Positions 50,160-59,449 are shown, counted from the first letter of the stretch. The stretch is 64,000 bases of DNA from Vicinamibacterales bacterium (GCA_035575715.1 DATLXN010000045.1:74523-138522), one strand, 5' to 3'. A program made the numbers and translations. Notes: generated by a model not told the origin, from the sequence alone.

Positions 50160-50492
50160 TTACACAGTTTTCGAGGCGAACGAGTCCGGCTTGACGGCAT
50201 CGAGGGCGATCACCGATTGATCGCCGAGGACCGTCGCACTATGCGTGACACCGCACGGCACTGCGACCCACTCGCCGGGGCCGAGGAGCGCGACATGGCC
50301 GCCGATGACCAGACGCAATCGGCCGGAGGCAACTGCGTCCACTTTGTCGACGCCGTGTTTGTGATCGGGAAAGACCGTTCCGGGCGCGTAGACGTAACGA
50401 GCGACCCGGTAACCTTGCGCTTCTAGCTTGTGGCGCAGCGCCGGCTCTGAGAATTCGCCGTCGAGGGCCGGATTCCAGCGCGTGATTACCAT
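50160..50492 (-). CDS. Cupin-domain protein
   Basis: 110 aa. FPDHKHGVDKVDAVASG...PCGVTHSA matches the cupin motifs. Confidence 0.7.
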   Translation of the reverse strand: MVITRWNPALDGEFSEPALRHKLEAQGYRVARYVYAPGTVFPDHKHGVDKVDAVASGRLRLVIGGHVALLGPGEWVAVPCGVTHSATVLGDQSVIALDAVKPDSFASKTV

Positions 50493-50513
50493 AGCTCGAA
50501 CACCACAGATCTT

Positions 50514-51806
50514 TCAGTCGACAGTTCGCTGGCGTAACGCGTAGAGGTGAGATTTGGTCCGCATCACCAGCAGGTCGCCACTGAGCGCCGGCGTCGCCAT
50601 GCACGCATCATCCATGTCGTTGGTCGCGAGGAGCTGATACTGCGGGCCCGCCCGGACGACGAAGACCTGGCCGTCTTCGCTGGTGAAATAGATCCGCCCT
50701 GCTGCCGCGACCGGCGACGCAGAGAACGTTCCAGCCGCCGGCGGGAGGCGCTGCTGGTAAACGCGTTGTCCGTCCGCGACGCCGTAGGCGCTGACAATGC
50801 CGTTATCGGTGACGATATAAAGGAGGCCGTCGTAGACAATCGGCGTGCTCGTGTACGGCGAGCCCCGTGGGTGTTCCCATACCACGGCGCCAGTGCTGGC
50901 ACGAATGGCGCGAATGGGCCGGCCTGCCGAGGGATATCCACCGGTGACGATGGCCAGATCGCCGGCACCGATCGGCGTACTGACCTTGACTTGCCCATCC
51001 TCGTCGGCGACGCGCCACCGTTCACGACCATTCGCCAGATCGTGGCCGCGGATGAAGAAGGGCGAATTGACGACGATCACTGGATCGCTGCCGGTCGCGG
51101 TGTGCACCAGCGGCGTGCTCCACGACGGCCGCTCCTGACGGGACGATCGCCACAGTTCTTTGCCGGTCCTCACGTCAAACGCTGCGAGATAGGAATCCTG
51201 GTAGCGGTCGTTTTGCACGATCACCGCATTCCCATGAATCACGGGGGAACTCGCCGGCCCCCATTCGTAAGTCGGATCGCCGGCAAGTCCCACCGACAGG
51301 GCGCCGAGATCCTGTCGCCACAACTGCTTGCCGTCGAGATCAAACGCGTACAATCCTTCCGACCCGAGCATCGCGATGAGCACCCGCCCGTCAGTGGCTG
51401 GTGTGGCGGAGGCGTGACTCGCCTTGACGTGACGCTTGACCCGCGGCAGGCCTTGATGAATGGTTCGCGCCCAGAGCTGCCTACCGGTGGAGCGATCGAA
51501 GGCGAGGACCTGCCAGCGATGCGGCACCTGGTCACTGGCAGACTCGATTCCGGCGCGGTCGGACTCTCCGAGTGTCAACGCACGCGACGCAGGGAGATCG
51601 GAGACGGCCGTGGTCAGGAAGATGCGGTCGTGCCAGACGATTGGGCTGGAGTGTCCGAGGCCTGGAATCGGCATCCGCCACGCGACGTTGGTCGACGAGC
51701 CGATGTTCCAGCGAAGCGGCGGATCGGCGTCAACGCTGACGCCGCCGCCGTGCAGGCCGCGGAAGGAGGGCCAGCCCTGCGCGAAGGGGGTGGTGGCGAG
51801 AAGCAC
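50514..51806 (-). CDS. PQQ-like beta-propeller repeat protein
   Basis: WPSFRGLHGGG plus repeated blades. Paralog of 15046..16314. The N-terminus is uncertain (GTG start, weak signal peptide). Confidence 0.8.
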   Translation of the reverse strand: MLLATTPFAQGWPSFRGLHGGGVSVDADPPLRWNIGSSTNVAWRMPIPGLGHSSPIVWHDRIFLTTAVSDLPASRALTLGESDRAGIESASDQVPHRWQVLAFDRSTGRQLWARTIHQGLPRVKRHVKASHASATPATDGRVLIAMLGSEGLYAFDLDGKQLWRQDLGALSVGLAGDPTYEWGPASSPVIHGNAVIVQNDRYQDSYLAAFDVRTGKELWRSSRQERPSWSTPLVHTATGSDPVIVVNSPFFIRGHDLANGRERWRVADEDGQVKVSTPIGAGDLAIVTGGYPSAGRPIRAIRASTGAVVWEHPRGSPYTSTPIVYDGLLYIVTDNGIVSAYGVADGQRVYQQRLPPAAGTFSASPVAAAGRIYFTSEDGQVFVVRAGPQYQLLATNDMDDACMATPALSGDLLVMRTKSHLYALRQRTVD

Positions 51807-51853
51807 TACCGTGGCGAGCGACGAAAGCGCTGTACGCAGAATTTGCTCCGCAG

Positions 51854-51905
51854 AAAAAGGGCCTGCCCCTTTTTACGTAAACCGTAAAAAGGGGCAGGCC
51901 CTTTT
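51854..51905. terminator. 23-bp perfect palindrome built from two inverted copies of an A5-GGGCCTGCCCC-T5 hairpin (bidirectional terminator)
   Basis: AAAAGGGCCTGCCCCTTTTTACG (51855..51877), loop TAAAC, CGTAAAAAGGGGCAGGCCCTTTT (51883..51905). It lies 11 nt downstream of the ferritin stop on the minus strand. Confidence 0.65.
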
Positions 51906-51915
51906 CATCATTTTC

Positions 51916-52443
51916 TTATTCGGTGGTGCGCGTGCCGGCTTCGACCGGCATTCCCGGCATCCGTCCGGTCGAAAGTTCCTGGTCGATCATCAACAGGCCG
52001 ATGCCGCTGTTGCCAGCCAGCCGGATGCGCCCACCCACGGCGCGCGCGGCCGCTTCTTCTTCCATCTGTTCGGTGACAAACCACTGCAGCATCACCGTCG
52101 CGGGACGATCCTTGGTCTTCTCGGCGATCGCGTAGAGGTTGTTGATCGAGGCGGTGACGTCTTGTTCGTTTTTCAACACGTGATCGGTCAGCGCTTCGGC
52201 AGAGGGCCATCCGCTCGGCGGCGCACCCACTGCAGGCAGCACCACTTTCTGATCACGCTCAATCAGGTGATCGATGATCCGCTGGGCGTGCATCAACTCG
52301 TCAGACGACTGCTTGCGCATCCATTTGGAGAAACCCGGCAGATCGTGCTCGGCCAGCCATATCGACATCGCCAGATATTCGTGTGACGCACGGAACTCGA
52401 GCTTGAGATGCTCGTTGAGACCATTCAGCAGATCGCTATTCAT
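51916..52443 (-). CDS. ftn: Bacterial non-haem ferritin
   Basis: LNEHLKLEFRASHEYLAMS...DELMHAQRIIDHL shows the ferroxidase-centre pattern. 175 aa. Confidence 0.9.
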   Translation of the reverse strand: MNSDLLNGLNEHLKLEFRASHEYLAMSIWLAEHDLPGFSKWMRKQSSDELMHAQRIIDHLIERDQKVVLPAVGAPPSGWPSAEALTDHVLKNEQDVTASINNLYAIAEKTKDRPATVMLQWFVTEQMEEEAAARAVGGRIRLAGNSGIGLLMIDQELSTGRMPGMPVEAGTRTTE

Positions 52444-52477
52444 ATATCCACAGATTACGCTGATTACGCGGCTTTAT

Positions 52478-52498
52478 GCACCCGGCACCCGGCACCGG
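52478..52498. repeat. Tandem heptamer array GCACCCG x2, GCACCGG
   Basis: 4 nt from the stop at 52503..52505 (minus-strand gene). The GATTACGC direct repeat at 52453 and 52462 lies next to it. Confidence 0.75.
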
Positions 52499-52502
52499 GA
52501 CT

Positions 52503-52724
52503 TTAAACAGTGCCGGCGTTCTTCTTCTTCGCCCGGCTATGCGCGGTGTAGGCGGCGATCAAATGAAACGGCCATCCGAAGAGGCCGGCCGTGCCGATCC
52601 AGAACCCTGGCGTGATGATCAGCCAGAAGATGCCCCGCAGAAAATCGCCGTTATAGATTTGGCCGAGACCGGGAATCAGCAGGCTGAGGACCGCGGCGGT
52701 GCCCGGTTTGTAGTGTGGCTCCAT
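52503..52724 (-). CDS. Small membrane protein (TM2-like, GLGQIYNG motif)
   Basis: 73 aa, two TM helices, basic tail. Confidence 0.6.
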   Translation of the reverse strand: MEPHYKPGTAAVLSLLIPGLGQIYNGDFLRGIFWLIITPGFWIGTAGLFGWPFHLIAAYTAHSRAKKKNAGTV

Positions 52725-52901
52725 TTACAGAGACCGTCGCCGGGCGAGCTCAAAGGTGAGGCCCCCGACCAGCACAAAGATGGCCGTGCCCAGCATTGCC
52801 AGCGGCACCCGTCCAGTGCCACCAAAATAGACGGCAGCCGCCATGGCCAATCCGGACACGACGGCGCAGAGGGTCACTTGAATCGCTGATGGCTTAACCA
52901 C
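52725..52901 (-). CDS. Small hydrophobic ORF, start uncertain
   Basis: Two TM helices. The stop abuts the next start (TAA/ATG contiguous). A GTG 52901 start is chosen to avoid overlap with the transglycosylase. Weak call. Confidence 0.3.
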   Translation of the reverse strand: MVKPSAIQVTLCAVVSGLAMAAAVYFGGTGRVPLAMLGTAIFVLVGGLTFELARRRSL

Positions 52902-52968
52902 GGATACCCAGAGTACACCGATCAGGGGCCCTCGCAGCTGACCCCGGCACTGGCAGGGACTCGCCGGT

Positions 52969-54066
52969 CTACAAACCGACCCGGTCGGACAACAAGGCGA
53001 CCGCCAGCGCATACGAGTGCGCGCAGTTGTATTCGAGTAGTGCTTCGTAATTGGGATACACCAGGAACGCGCGCTTCCCGGTGTGAATAAGGGACGCGTC
53101 GACGCTCACCCGCGGCAGCGCTCCGCCGTCAGTGGTCCGCAGGCCGAGTTCCTGCCACCGGGCCAGCGGCAGTCGGTTGGTCATCTCGCGCTCCGCGCGG
53201 CACCCTTCGGCGCGCATGCCAGCGTTGGCGCGCAGCGATTCCACACCGCCAGCAGGTAACTTCACTTCTCGCCCCCAGGTCAGGTCAGACGTCCAACCAT
53301 GTTCTTTCAGGTAATTGGCAATCGACGCGAAGACATCACCTTCAGAGCGCCAGATGTCGCGGTCGCCATCCTTGTCGAAATCCTGCGCCCATTTCAAATA
53401 GCTCGATGGCATGAACTGCGGCTGCCCCATCGCGCCGGCCCATGACCCGCGCAGCTGATCGAGGCCAATGTAGCCACGGTCGATGATCTCGAGTGCATTC
53501 ATCAGCTCGCCGCGGAAAAACGGACCGCGCCGGCCTTCCCAGGCCAGGGTCGCCAAGGCCTGCACGATCGGCCGCACGCCCGCGAACCGGCCGAAGTTCG
53601 ATTCCATGCCCCAGATCGACAAGATCACGCGCGGCGGCACGCCGTAGGTGTCGCTGACCCGACCGAGCAGCGTTTTCTGTTTGATCGCGTTCTGGCGCGC
53701 GGTCCGCAGAAAGGCGCGCGTCAAGCGGCGATCGACATACTGGTCGATGGTCAGCACGTTCTCCGCCTGCGTCTGATCGCGCTGAATGACCGTCGGCGAC
53801 GGTTCGAGGCCGCTCAACGCTTTTGTGACCGTACTCTGTCTGATGCCGCGCGCTAACGCATCCTTCTGAAGCCCCGCGACAAACGTCGGAAAGTCTTGAC
53901 GGGCGTCGACTCCGAAAGTGGCCGGCGTTGAAGGCACCTGAACAGGCGCGGCCGTGACCTGCGGAGCCAGCACACGGAGGTCATCCGCGCCCGGGCCATG
54001 TGTGAGTTGCGTCAGTGAGATGACGGCAGCGCCAACCAGCACTACTGTCCGAGACGTATGCAACAC
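52969..54066 (-). CDS. Lytic murein transglycosylase (MltB-like)
   Basis: SIWGMESNFG and GAMGQPQFMPSSY motifs. Signal peptide. Confidence 0.85.
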   Translation of the reverse strand: MLHTSRTVVLVGAAVISLTQLTHGPGADDLRVLAPQVTAAPVQVPSTPATFGVDARQDFPTFVAGLQKDALARGIRQSTVTKALSGLEPSPTVIQRDQTQAENVLTIDQYVDRRLTRAFLRTARQNAIKQKTLLGRVSDTYGVPPRVILSIWGMESNFGRFAGVRPIVQALATLAWEGRRGPFFRGELMNALEIIDRGYIGLDQLRGSWAGAMGQPQFMPSSYLKWAQDFDKDGDRDIWRSEGDVFASIANYLKEHGWTSDLTWGREVKLPAGGVESLRANAGMRAEGCRAEREMTNRLPLARWQELGLRTTDGGALPRVSVDASLIHTGKRAFLVYPNYEALLEYNCAHSYALAVALLSDRVGL

Positions 54067-54157
54067 TTAGCCGTACCTCCAACGCTAATTGTACGCGCCG
54101 GAGTCGATGGTCGACCGATTGACAGATCGAAAAGACGGTTCGCTCAGCCGTAGTGGC

Positions 54158-54478
54158 TCAGCGATAGTCCTCGCGTACCGGTGCGAAGACGTCGAGTACG
54201 CGACATGCGGTTACCGCACAGCCCGAGTGAGGCACATCCGGTGGGATGACAAATACCAGGCCGGGTGTGAGACGGTGGGATTGACCGCCGACGACCAGGT
54301 CGAGCGTGCCGTCGAGCACGTTGACCACTTGTTCATGCGGGTGGCTGTGCTCGGGGAATGTCGCGCCCTCGTCAACCTCGACCCACGATTGCGACGTCCG
54401 TTCGCTGTGGACGACGCGGGCACGGAGCCCGGGAAAAATTTCGCGGACGACGATCGAACCAATCGTGACAAGCGGCAT
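54158..54478 (-). CDS. Cupin-domain protein
   Basis: 106 aa. FPEHSHPHEQVVNVLDG...IPPDVPHS. Confidence 0.7.
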   Translation of the reverse strand: MPLVTIGSIVVREIFPGLRARVVHSERTSQSWVEVDEGATFPEHSHPHEQVVNVLDGTLDLVVGGQSHRLTPGLVFVIPPDVPHSGCAVTACRVLDVFAPVREDYR

Positions 54479-54483
54479 TACGT

Positions 54484-54518
54484 TTCGTCTTTCGTCTTTC
54501 GTCTTTCGTCTTTCGTCT
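54484..54518. repeat. Tandem heptamer array TTCGTCT x5 (perfect)
   Basis: Occupies most of the 44-bp spacer between the SDR stop (54523) and the cupin start (54478) on the minus strand. Confidence 0.9.
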
Positions 54519-54522
54519 TTCT

Positions 54523-55311
54523 CTACAGCGCATTCCCCGCGCCACCGTCGACGGTGATCGCCTGACCGGTGATGTAGCTCGCCGCATCCGATGCGAGAAA
54601 CGCGACCAGGTTCGCCAGTTCCTCGGGCCGCCCGATCCGTCCGAGCGGCACGCTCGCCGCAGATGCGCGCTTCACCTCGTCGAGCGGCGCGCCACTCTTC
54701 TCGGCGTTGGCGCGGTCCAGTTCGTCAATGCGTTCGGTTTGAATGCGGCCAGGAGCGACGACATTCACCAGGATGTTATCCGCCGCAAGTTCGCGCGACA
54801 GCGTCTTGGCCAACCCCCACACGCCGGCGCGCAAGGCGTTGGACAACACCAGATTGGGAATCGGTTGCCTGATCGACGACGACGCAATCGTGACAATGCG
54901 GCCGCCGCCGGCTCGCTTCAGCTCGGGGACAGCGGCATGCACGATCCGAACAAAGCTAAGCACGTTCTGCTCGAACGCTTTCTGCCACTGGGCTTCGGAC
55001 ATCGCCGCGAACTCGCCGGCCGGCGGTCCGCCAGCGTTGTGAACCACGATGTCGAGGCCGCCCATCTGCTTGACCGAGCTGTCGACGAGCTGACGCGCTT
55101 CGTGTTCGCCACTGACGTCGGCAGCGACCGCAAACACCTTGGTTTTGGTTTCACCAGCGATCGCCTGCGCAGCCGCGTCGATTCGTGCCCGGTCGCGGCT
55201 GCAGATGACCAGATCGCATCCCTCCCGGGCGAGGGCGAGGGCCGAGGCGTAGCCGAGGCCGCGACTGGCGGCCATGACGATGGCGCGCTTGCCTGTGAGT
55301 CCGAGATTCAT
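54523..55311 (-). CDS. Short-chain dehydrogenase/reductase
   Basis: TGKRAIVMAASRGLG cofactor motif. NAGG. The S...Y...K region is present. 262 aa. Confidence 0.9.
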   Translation of the reverse strand: MNLGLTGKRAIVMAASRGLGYASALALAREGCDLVICSRDRARIDAAAQAIAGETKTKVFAVAADVSGEHEARQLVDSSVKQMGGLDIVVHNAGGPPAGEFAAMSEAQWQKAFEQNVLSFVRIVHAAVPELKRAGGGRIVTIASSSIRQPIPNLVLSNALRAGVWGLAKTLSRELAADNILVNVVAPGRIQTERIDELDRANAEKSGAPLDEVKRASAASVPLGRIGRPEELANLVAFLASDAASYITGQAITVDGGAGNAL

Positions 55312-55322
55312 GCCGCTCGATC

Positions 55323-55914
55323 TTACTGCTTCGCTCTCGGCTTGGCCGCTTCGCGTTTGGTGACACGGTGGATCACCGGCTTTTGATCGCGAAGAAATGC
55401 GTAAAGCGCCGACAAGTCTTCCCGCGTCATGCCGCCCAGTTGTTCCACGGCATCACCGTATTCGACGCACGCTGGTTCGCCGGCAGCACACGATCGGGGA
55501 CCCGCTCCCACACCTTGAACCGCTGGATGAACTGCGCCTCAGTCCATGTCCCGATGCCGGTGTCCGCATCTGGCGCGATATTCGGCGCGCGCACGATGCC
55601 GCCCTCGGGGAATCGGAACTCCATGCCGCCGGCGTAATCCATCCCCGGCTGCGGCGCGCCCTTATCGTCGCGTGTGGCGTGACACTCGGCGCACCCGGCC
55701 ATGCGCGCCAGGTAGCCGCCGCAACCAGCCGGTCACTCGGATCGGGCGCCGGCATCAGGTGCGCAGGCTGCGGCATGGTCCGCACCATGATCTGCATCGG
55801 GAAATGAAATGACCGATCGGGGACCTCATCAAGGTGCGGCTTGAGTGTCCGAATGTCCGCCACCAACGCATCGACGAGGGTCAGTATGCAAACGCCGACG
55901 ATCAGTCGTTTCAT
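55323..55914 (-). pseudogene. Mono-haem cytochrome c, tandem paralog of the C-terminal half of 55938..56909, with two 1-nt deletions
   Basis: Three ORF pieces align in order to the neighbour: MKRLIV...PSDRLVA | GGYLARMAGCAECHATRDDKG...MPWNNWA | GMTREDLSALYAFLRDQKPVIHRV. Frame breaks fall near 55715..55723 and 55431..55436, both in GCGGCGGC-type runs. Confidence 0.7.
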
Positions 55915-55917
55915 GCA

Positions 55918-55938
55918 TCGTCGGTCGTCGGTCGTCGT
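55918..55938. repeat. Tandem heptamer array TCGTCGG x2, TCGTCGT
   Basis: Ends on the first base of the stop at 55938..55940 (minus-strand gene). It fills the spacer up to start 55914. Confidence 0.75.
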
Positions 55939-56909
55939 TAGCGTCTGACGACGCGATGGACGACCGGCTTGAGGGTCCGCAGATACGCATAGGCAGCGCC
56001 GAGATCCTCTCGCGTCATCCCGGCATAACTGGTCCAGGGCATGAGCGTGTTCTCGCGCTGCTCGGCGGTGGTCAGGACACGTTGCGGCGCGTTCTCGAAC
56101 GCCTTGAACTTATCGACAAACTGCTGCTCGCTCCATGTGCCGATGCCGGTGTCGGCATCCGGCGTGATATTGGCGCTGCGCACGACCCCGCCGCCGGGCA
56201 CCTTTAATTCAAATCCGCCGGCGAACTCCATTCCGGGCAACGGCTGCCCTTGATCGTCCATTGGCGTGTGGCAGTCGCTGCACACCGCGGCGTTGACTAT
56301 GTACTCACCATAGGCGACGCGGTCGGCCACCGGCGGGATCGGCCGAAAGCTGGCCGCCTCAGGAATGGTTCTGACCACCAGCGGCAGCGGCATCCCGAGT
56401 TCGCGCGGCGGCGCCGTGTAGTCGAGCGGCTTGAGCGAGCGGATATACACCACGATCGCCTCGACGTCTTCGCGCGACAGCTTGGCGTATTTCGGATACG
56501 GCATGATCGGGAAGAGCGCGTCGCCGTCTTTGTTGACGCCCGCGGTGAAGGCGCGAATCAACTCGCCATCGGTCCACGCGCCGATTGCGCGAGGCGTGAT
56601 GTTCTTGCTGAACAGCACTTTGACAGCCGTATCCGGGTCGCCGAATGAATCGCCGCCGCGGCCGAGCGAGCTTTCAATCACCGGCCCTGAGAATTTTGTG
56701 AAATCGCGCTCGGCATGACACACCACACATCCGGTGACGTGCTTCGACAGGTATTCGCCACGTGCCATCTTCTCTGGTGACGACTGCACCGTGACCGACT
56801 CGGGTGCCGGCACGTCGGGATACCGAGCAAACAAATACGTCACCCCCGCGGCTGCCGCGACCAGCACGATGACGACGAGAACCAGCACGACCTTCAGTAG
56901 CGTGCGCAT
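55938..56909 (-). CDS. Membrane-anchored di-haem cytochrome c
   Basis: N-terminal TM. CVVCH and CSDCH. Each half ends with ...Y.RSLKP / Y.YLRTLKP. Confidence 0.85.
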   Translation of the reverse strand: MRTLLKVVLVLVVIVLVAAAAGVTYLFARYPDVPAPESVTVQSSPEKMARGEYLSKHVTGCVVCHAERDFTKFSGPVIESSLGRGGDSFGDPDTAVKVLFSKNITPRAIGAWTDGELIRAFTAGVNKDGDALFPIMPYPKYAKLSREDVEAIVVYIRSLKPLDYTAPPRELGMPLPLVVRTIPEAASFRPIPPVADRVAYGEYIVNAAVCSDCHTPMDDQGQPLPGMEFAGGFELKVPGGGVVRSANITPDADTGIGTWSEQQFVDKFKAFENAPQRVLTTAEQRENTLMPWTSYAGMTREDLGAAYAYLRTLKPVVHRVVRR

Positions 56910-56923
56910 AAGTCCGGGTCTCC

Positions 56924-58543
56924 CTACTGTGGTTGCGCGGTCGTCGCCGGACGTCGCGCCCCCCTGGCTTTCTCGACCTTGGCGGCAACCTCGGCGAGCA
57001 ATTTCTTGGCGTCGTAGACAATGCCGTCCTTGACCACCAAGTCGATGCCGCCGACGCGTTCCGGCTTATTGGTCGCGTCGTTGAGCCGCACCGTGCCGGT
57101 GCCATACAGCGTCTTGAAATTCTGCAGCGGGTTCTCCTTGGTGATCACCAGATCGGCCTTCAGCCCCGCACGCAACAGTCCGAAGTCAATACTCTTGCCT
57201 TTCGGTTCGTGCAGCGCTTCCGCGCCGTAGAGCGTCGCTGAGCGCATGACTTCGAGCGGATGGAACCCCGCTTCCTGCAACATCTCGAGCTCGAGAATGT
57301 AACCAAACCCATAAGTCTGGTAAATAAAACCGGAGTCCGAGCCGGTGGTCACCCGCCCGCCGGCGTTCTTGAAGTCATTGAGGAAAGTCATCCACACGCG
57401 GTAGAAGTTCTTCCACGCGACTTCATCTTCGGTAGTCCAGTCGAACCAGTAGGCGCCGTGCGCGACCCGATTGGGCTGGTAAAAGTCCCACAGCGACGGC
57501 GTGGTGTACTTGTCATGCCAATCGGCGTTGCGCATGCGCATCACGTCGCGTCCAGCCGAATAGATCGTCATCGTCGGATCGACGATGAACTTTCGATCGA
57601 CCCACTCTTTGATCAGCGCGTTCCACTGGTCACTGCCGCGCGGGTGAATCTTGTCCCACAGCCGCGCCACTTGCCCAAAGCGATGTTGTTCGTCGTTGTA
57701 GTTGTGGGTCACCGGATACGGCTGGAGACTGGTGTCCTTCAATAACGATTCGAACAATCCGTAGTAGTGGGTGATCGCGCCGAGACCAAGGCGTGAGGCC
57801 TGCACCGCGTTCATCCGGCCGACGCCCATCTGATCGAGATGCGCCGTCGAGCCCAGGCCATGTTTCTTCGCTTCGTCGAGCAGTGCCGCCATGATCTCGG
57901 GATCGAAGGCGCCCATCTTGAGGCCGTCGATGCCTTTCTGGGCAGCCCATCGCACCCACTCGCGGGCCGTCTCCGGCGTCTGCGGCCGGGTGCGATCCCA
58001 GCCCTCTCCAGTAAACGGGCGGTGATACGAAAAGATTCGCGGCGCGACGATCTGGTTTTTCGCCGATAGATCGCGCTGCTGCAGGTCCCAATCCATGCTG
58101 CCGCACGGAACCCCGCGGACCGTCGTTACCCCGTGGGCGAGCCACAGCTTGTAGACATAGTCAGGGTCGTTGGCCTGGCCGCCGCCGCAGTGGACGTGGA
58201 GATCGACGAATCCGGGTGAGACGAACATCCCCGTGCCGTCGATTTCCCTGGTGCCTTTGCCGGGCCGGCCGCGCTCGCCAATCGGCACCTTCGGGAAGCC
58301 GACGCTGGAGATCTCGCTGATCCGGTCGTTGACGACCACGAGATCGACCGGACCGCGTGGCGGCGCACCGGTGCCGTCGATGATCGTGGCGCCGCGGATG
58401 ACCAGTCGATCATACGGACCGTCACCGTCGGTCCCGGCACGACGGGTGGCGGTCGGCTGCATCTGGGCAGCAGTGGTAATCGTGAGAGCGGCGGTGACCA
58501 AGGCCGCGGCAAACGCGCGGCGGCGAACGGACGGGACTTTCAT
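56924..58543 (-). CDS. Secreted amidohydrolase (large form, dipeptidase/aminoacylase-like)
   Basis: PGFVDLHVHCGG metal site. Signal peptide. ADLVITKENPL...VVKDG tail. 539 aa. Confidence 0.85.
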   Translation of the reverse strand: MKVPSVRRRAFAAALVTAALTITTAAQMQPTATRRAGTDGDGPYDRLVIRGATIIDGTGAPPRGPVDLVVVNDRISEISSVGFPKVPIGERGRPGKGTREIDGTGMFVSPGFVDLHVHCGGGQANDPDYVYKLWLAHGVTTVRGVPCGSMDWDLQQRDLSAKNQIVAPRIFSYHRPFTGEGWDRTRPQTPETAREWVRWAAQKGIDGLKMGAFDPEIMAALLDEAKKHGLGSTAHLDQMGVGRMNAVQASRLGLGAITHYYGLFESLLKDTSLQPYPVTHNYNDEQHRFGQVARLWDKIHPRGSDQWNALIKEWVDRKFIVDPTMTIYSAGRDVMRMRNADWHDKYTTPSLWDFYQPNRVAHGAYWFDWTTEDEVAWKNFYRVWMTFLNDFKNAGGRVTTGSDSGFIYQTYGFGYILELEMLQEAGFHPLEVMRSATLYGAEALHEPKGKSIDFGLLRAGLKADLVITKENPLQNFKTLYGTGTVRLNDATNKPERVGGIDLVVKDGIVYDAKKLLAEVAAKVEKARGARRPATTAQPQ

Positions 58544-58598
58544 TACTGCCTCCAGAAAAAGTGGTGACAGTATACGGGCCCAGCCCCTGTGTGGATAT

Positions 58599-59414
58599 CT
58601 AGACGCGACGGAACTTGGCTGCGTTCCGCTGCATCAAGCCCCACACCACTCGACGCGGGAGCAGGCGCGACAGGCCGGCGACGCGGCGATTGAGCTGACC
58701 CGGCACATACACGGGCACTCCGGCCATCACCGCCTGATAGGACTCGCGCGCGACCATCGTGGCATCCGACCACATGAAGGCCGGCATCTGACTGACCTGC
58801 TCGCGGGTGCCGGTGACATCGTGAAACTCGGTCAGCGTGAAGCCGGGACAGCTGGCGGTGACGTGGATACCTCGGGGCGCCGTCTCGAGGGCCAGCGATT
58901 CGGAGAATGAGATGACAAAGGACTTCGACGCGGCATACAGCGTGTGCCCGGCGACCCCCGGCAACAAACCGGCGAGCGACGCGACGTTGATAATGCGACC
59001 CCACTTGCGGTCGATCATCCCCGGCAGCAATCGGTGGGTCAGCTCGGCGACGGCGACCACCAGCACCTGCAAAAACGCCTGTTGCTGCGGCCACGTTGTG
59101 CTGGCGTAGCTGCCGGGGACGCCGAAGCCCGCGTTATTCACCAACAGATCGACCGCTAACGATTTCTGTGCAAGAGAACCGATCAATCGTTCGGTGGCAT
59201 CGGCGGCGGCCAGGTCTGTCTCGACCACGTGCGTGCGCACGGCGTACTGCGCACTGAGTTGCTCAGCCAAGACCTCTAGCCGTTCCCGCCGGCGCGCCGT
59301 GAGGATGAGTTGATAGCCGCGCTCGGCCAGCACATGCGCAAATGCCGACCCGATACCTGCAGAGGCGCCGGTGACCAGCGCTGTCCTGCCAGATCCTTCT
59401 TTAATCACGGCCAA
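58599..59414 (-). CDS. Short-chain dehydrogenase/reductase
   Basis: ALVTGASAGIG, NNAG, YAASK motifs. Confidence 0.9.
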   Translation of the reverse strand: MAVIKEGSGRTALVTGASAGIGSAFAHVLAERGYQLILTARRRERLEVLAEQLSAQYAVRTHVVETDLAAADATERLIGSLAQKSLAVDLLVNNAGFGVPGSYASTTWPQQQAFLQVLVVAVAELTHRLLPGMIDRKWGRIINVASLAGLLPGVAGHTLYAASKSFVISFSESLALETAPRGIHVTASCPGFTLTEFHDVTGTREQVSQMPAFMWSDATMVARESYQAVMAGVPVYVPGQLNRRVAGLSRLLPRRVVWGLMQRNAAKFRRV

Positions 59415-59449
59415 GTATAGGTATGATCTGTCGCTTGAAGGGTGGCCAG

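Noticed and set aside
50547-51887. 446-aa ORF antisense to the PQQ-like propeller
   Set aside because: Arg-rich and low-complexity. The minus strand has the propeller blade pattern shared with three paralogs.
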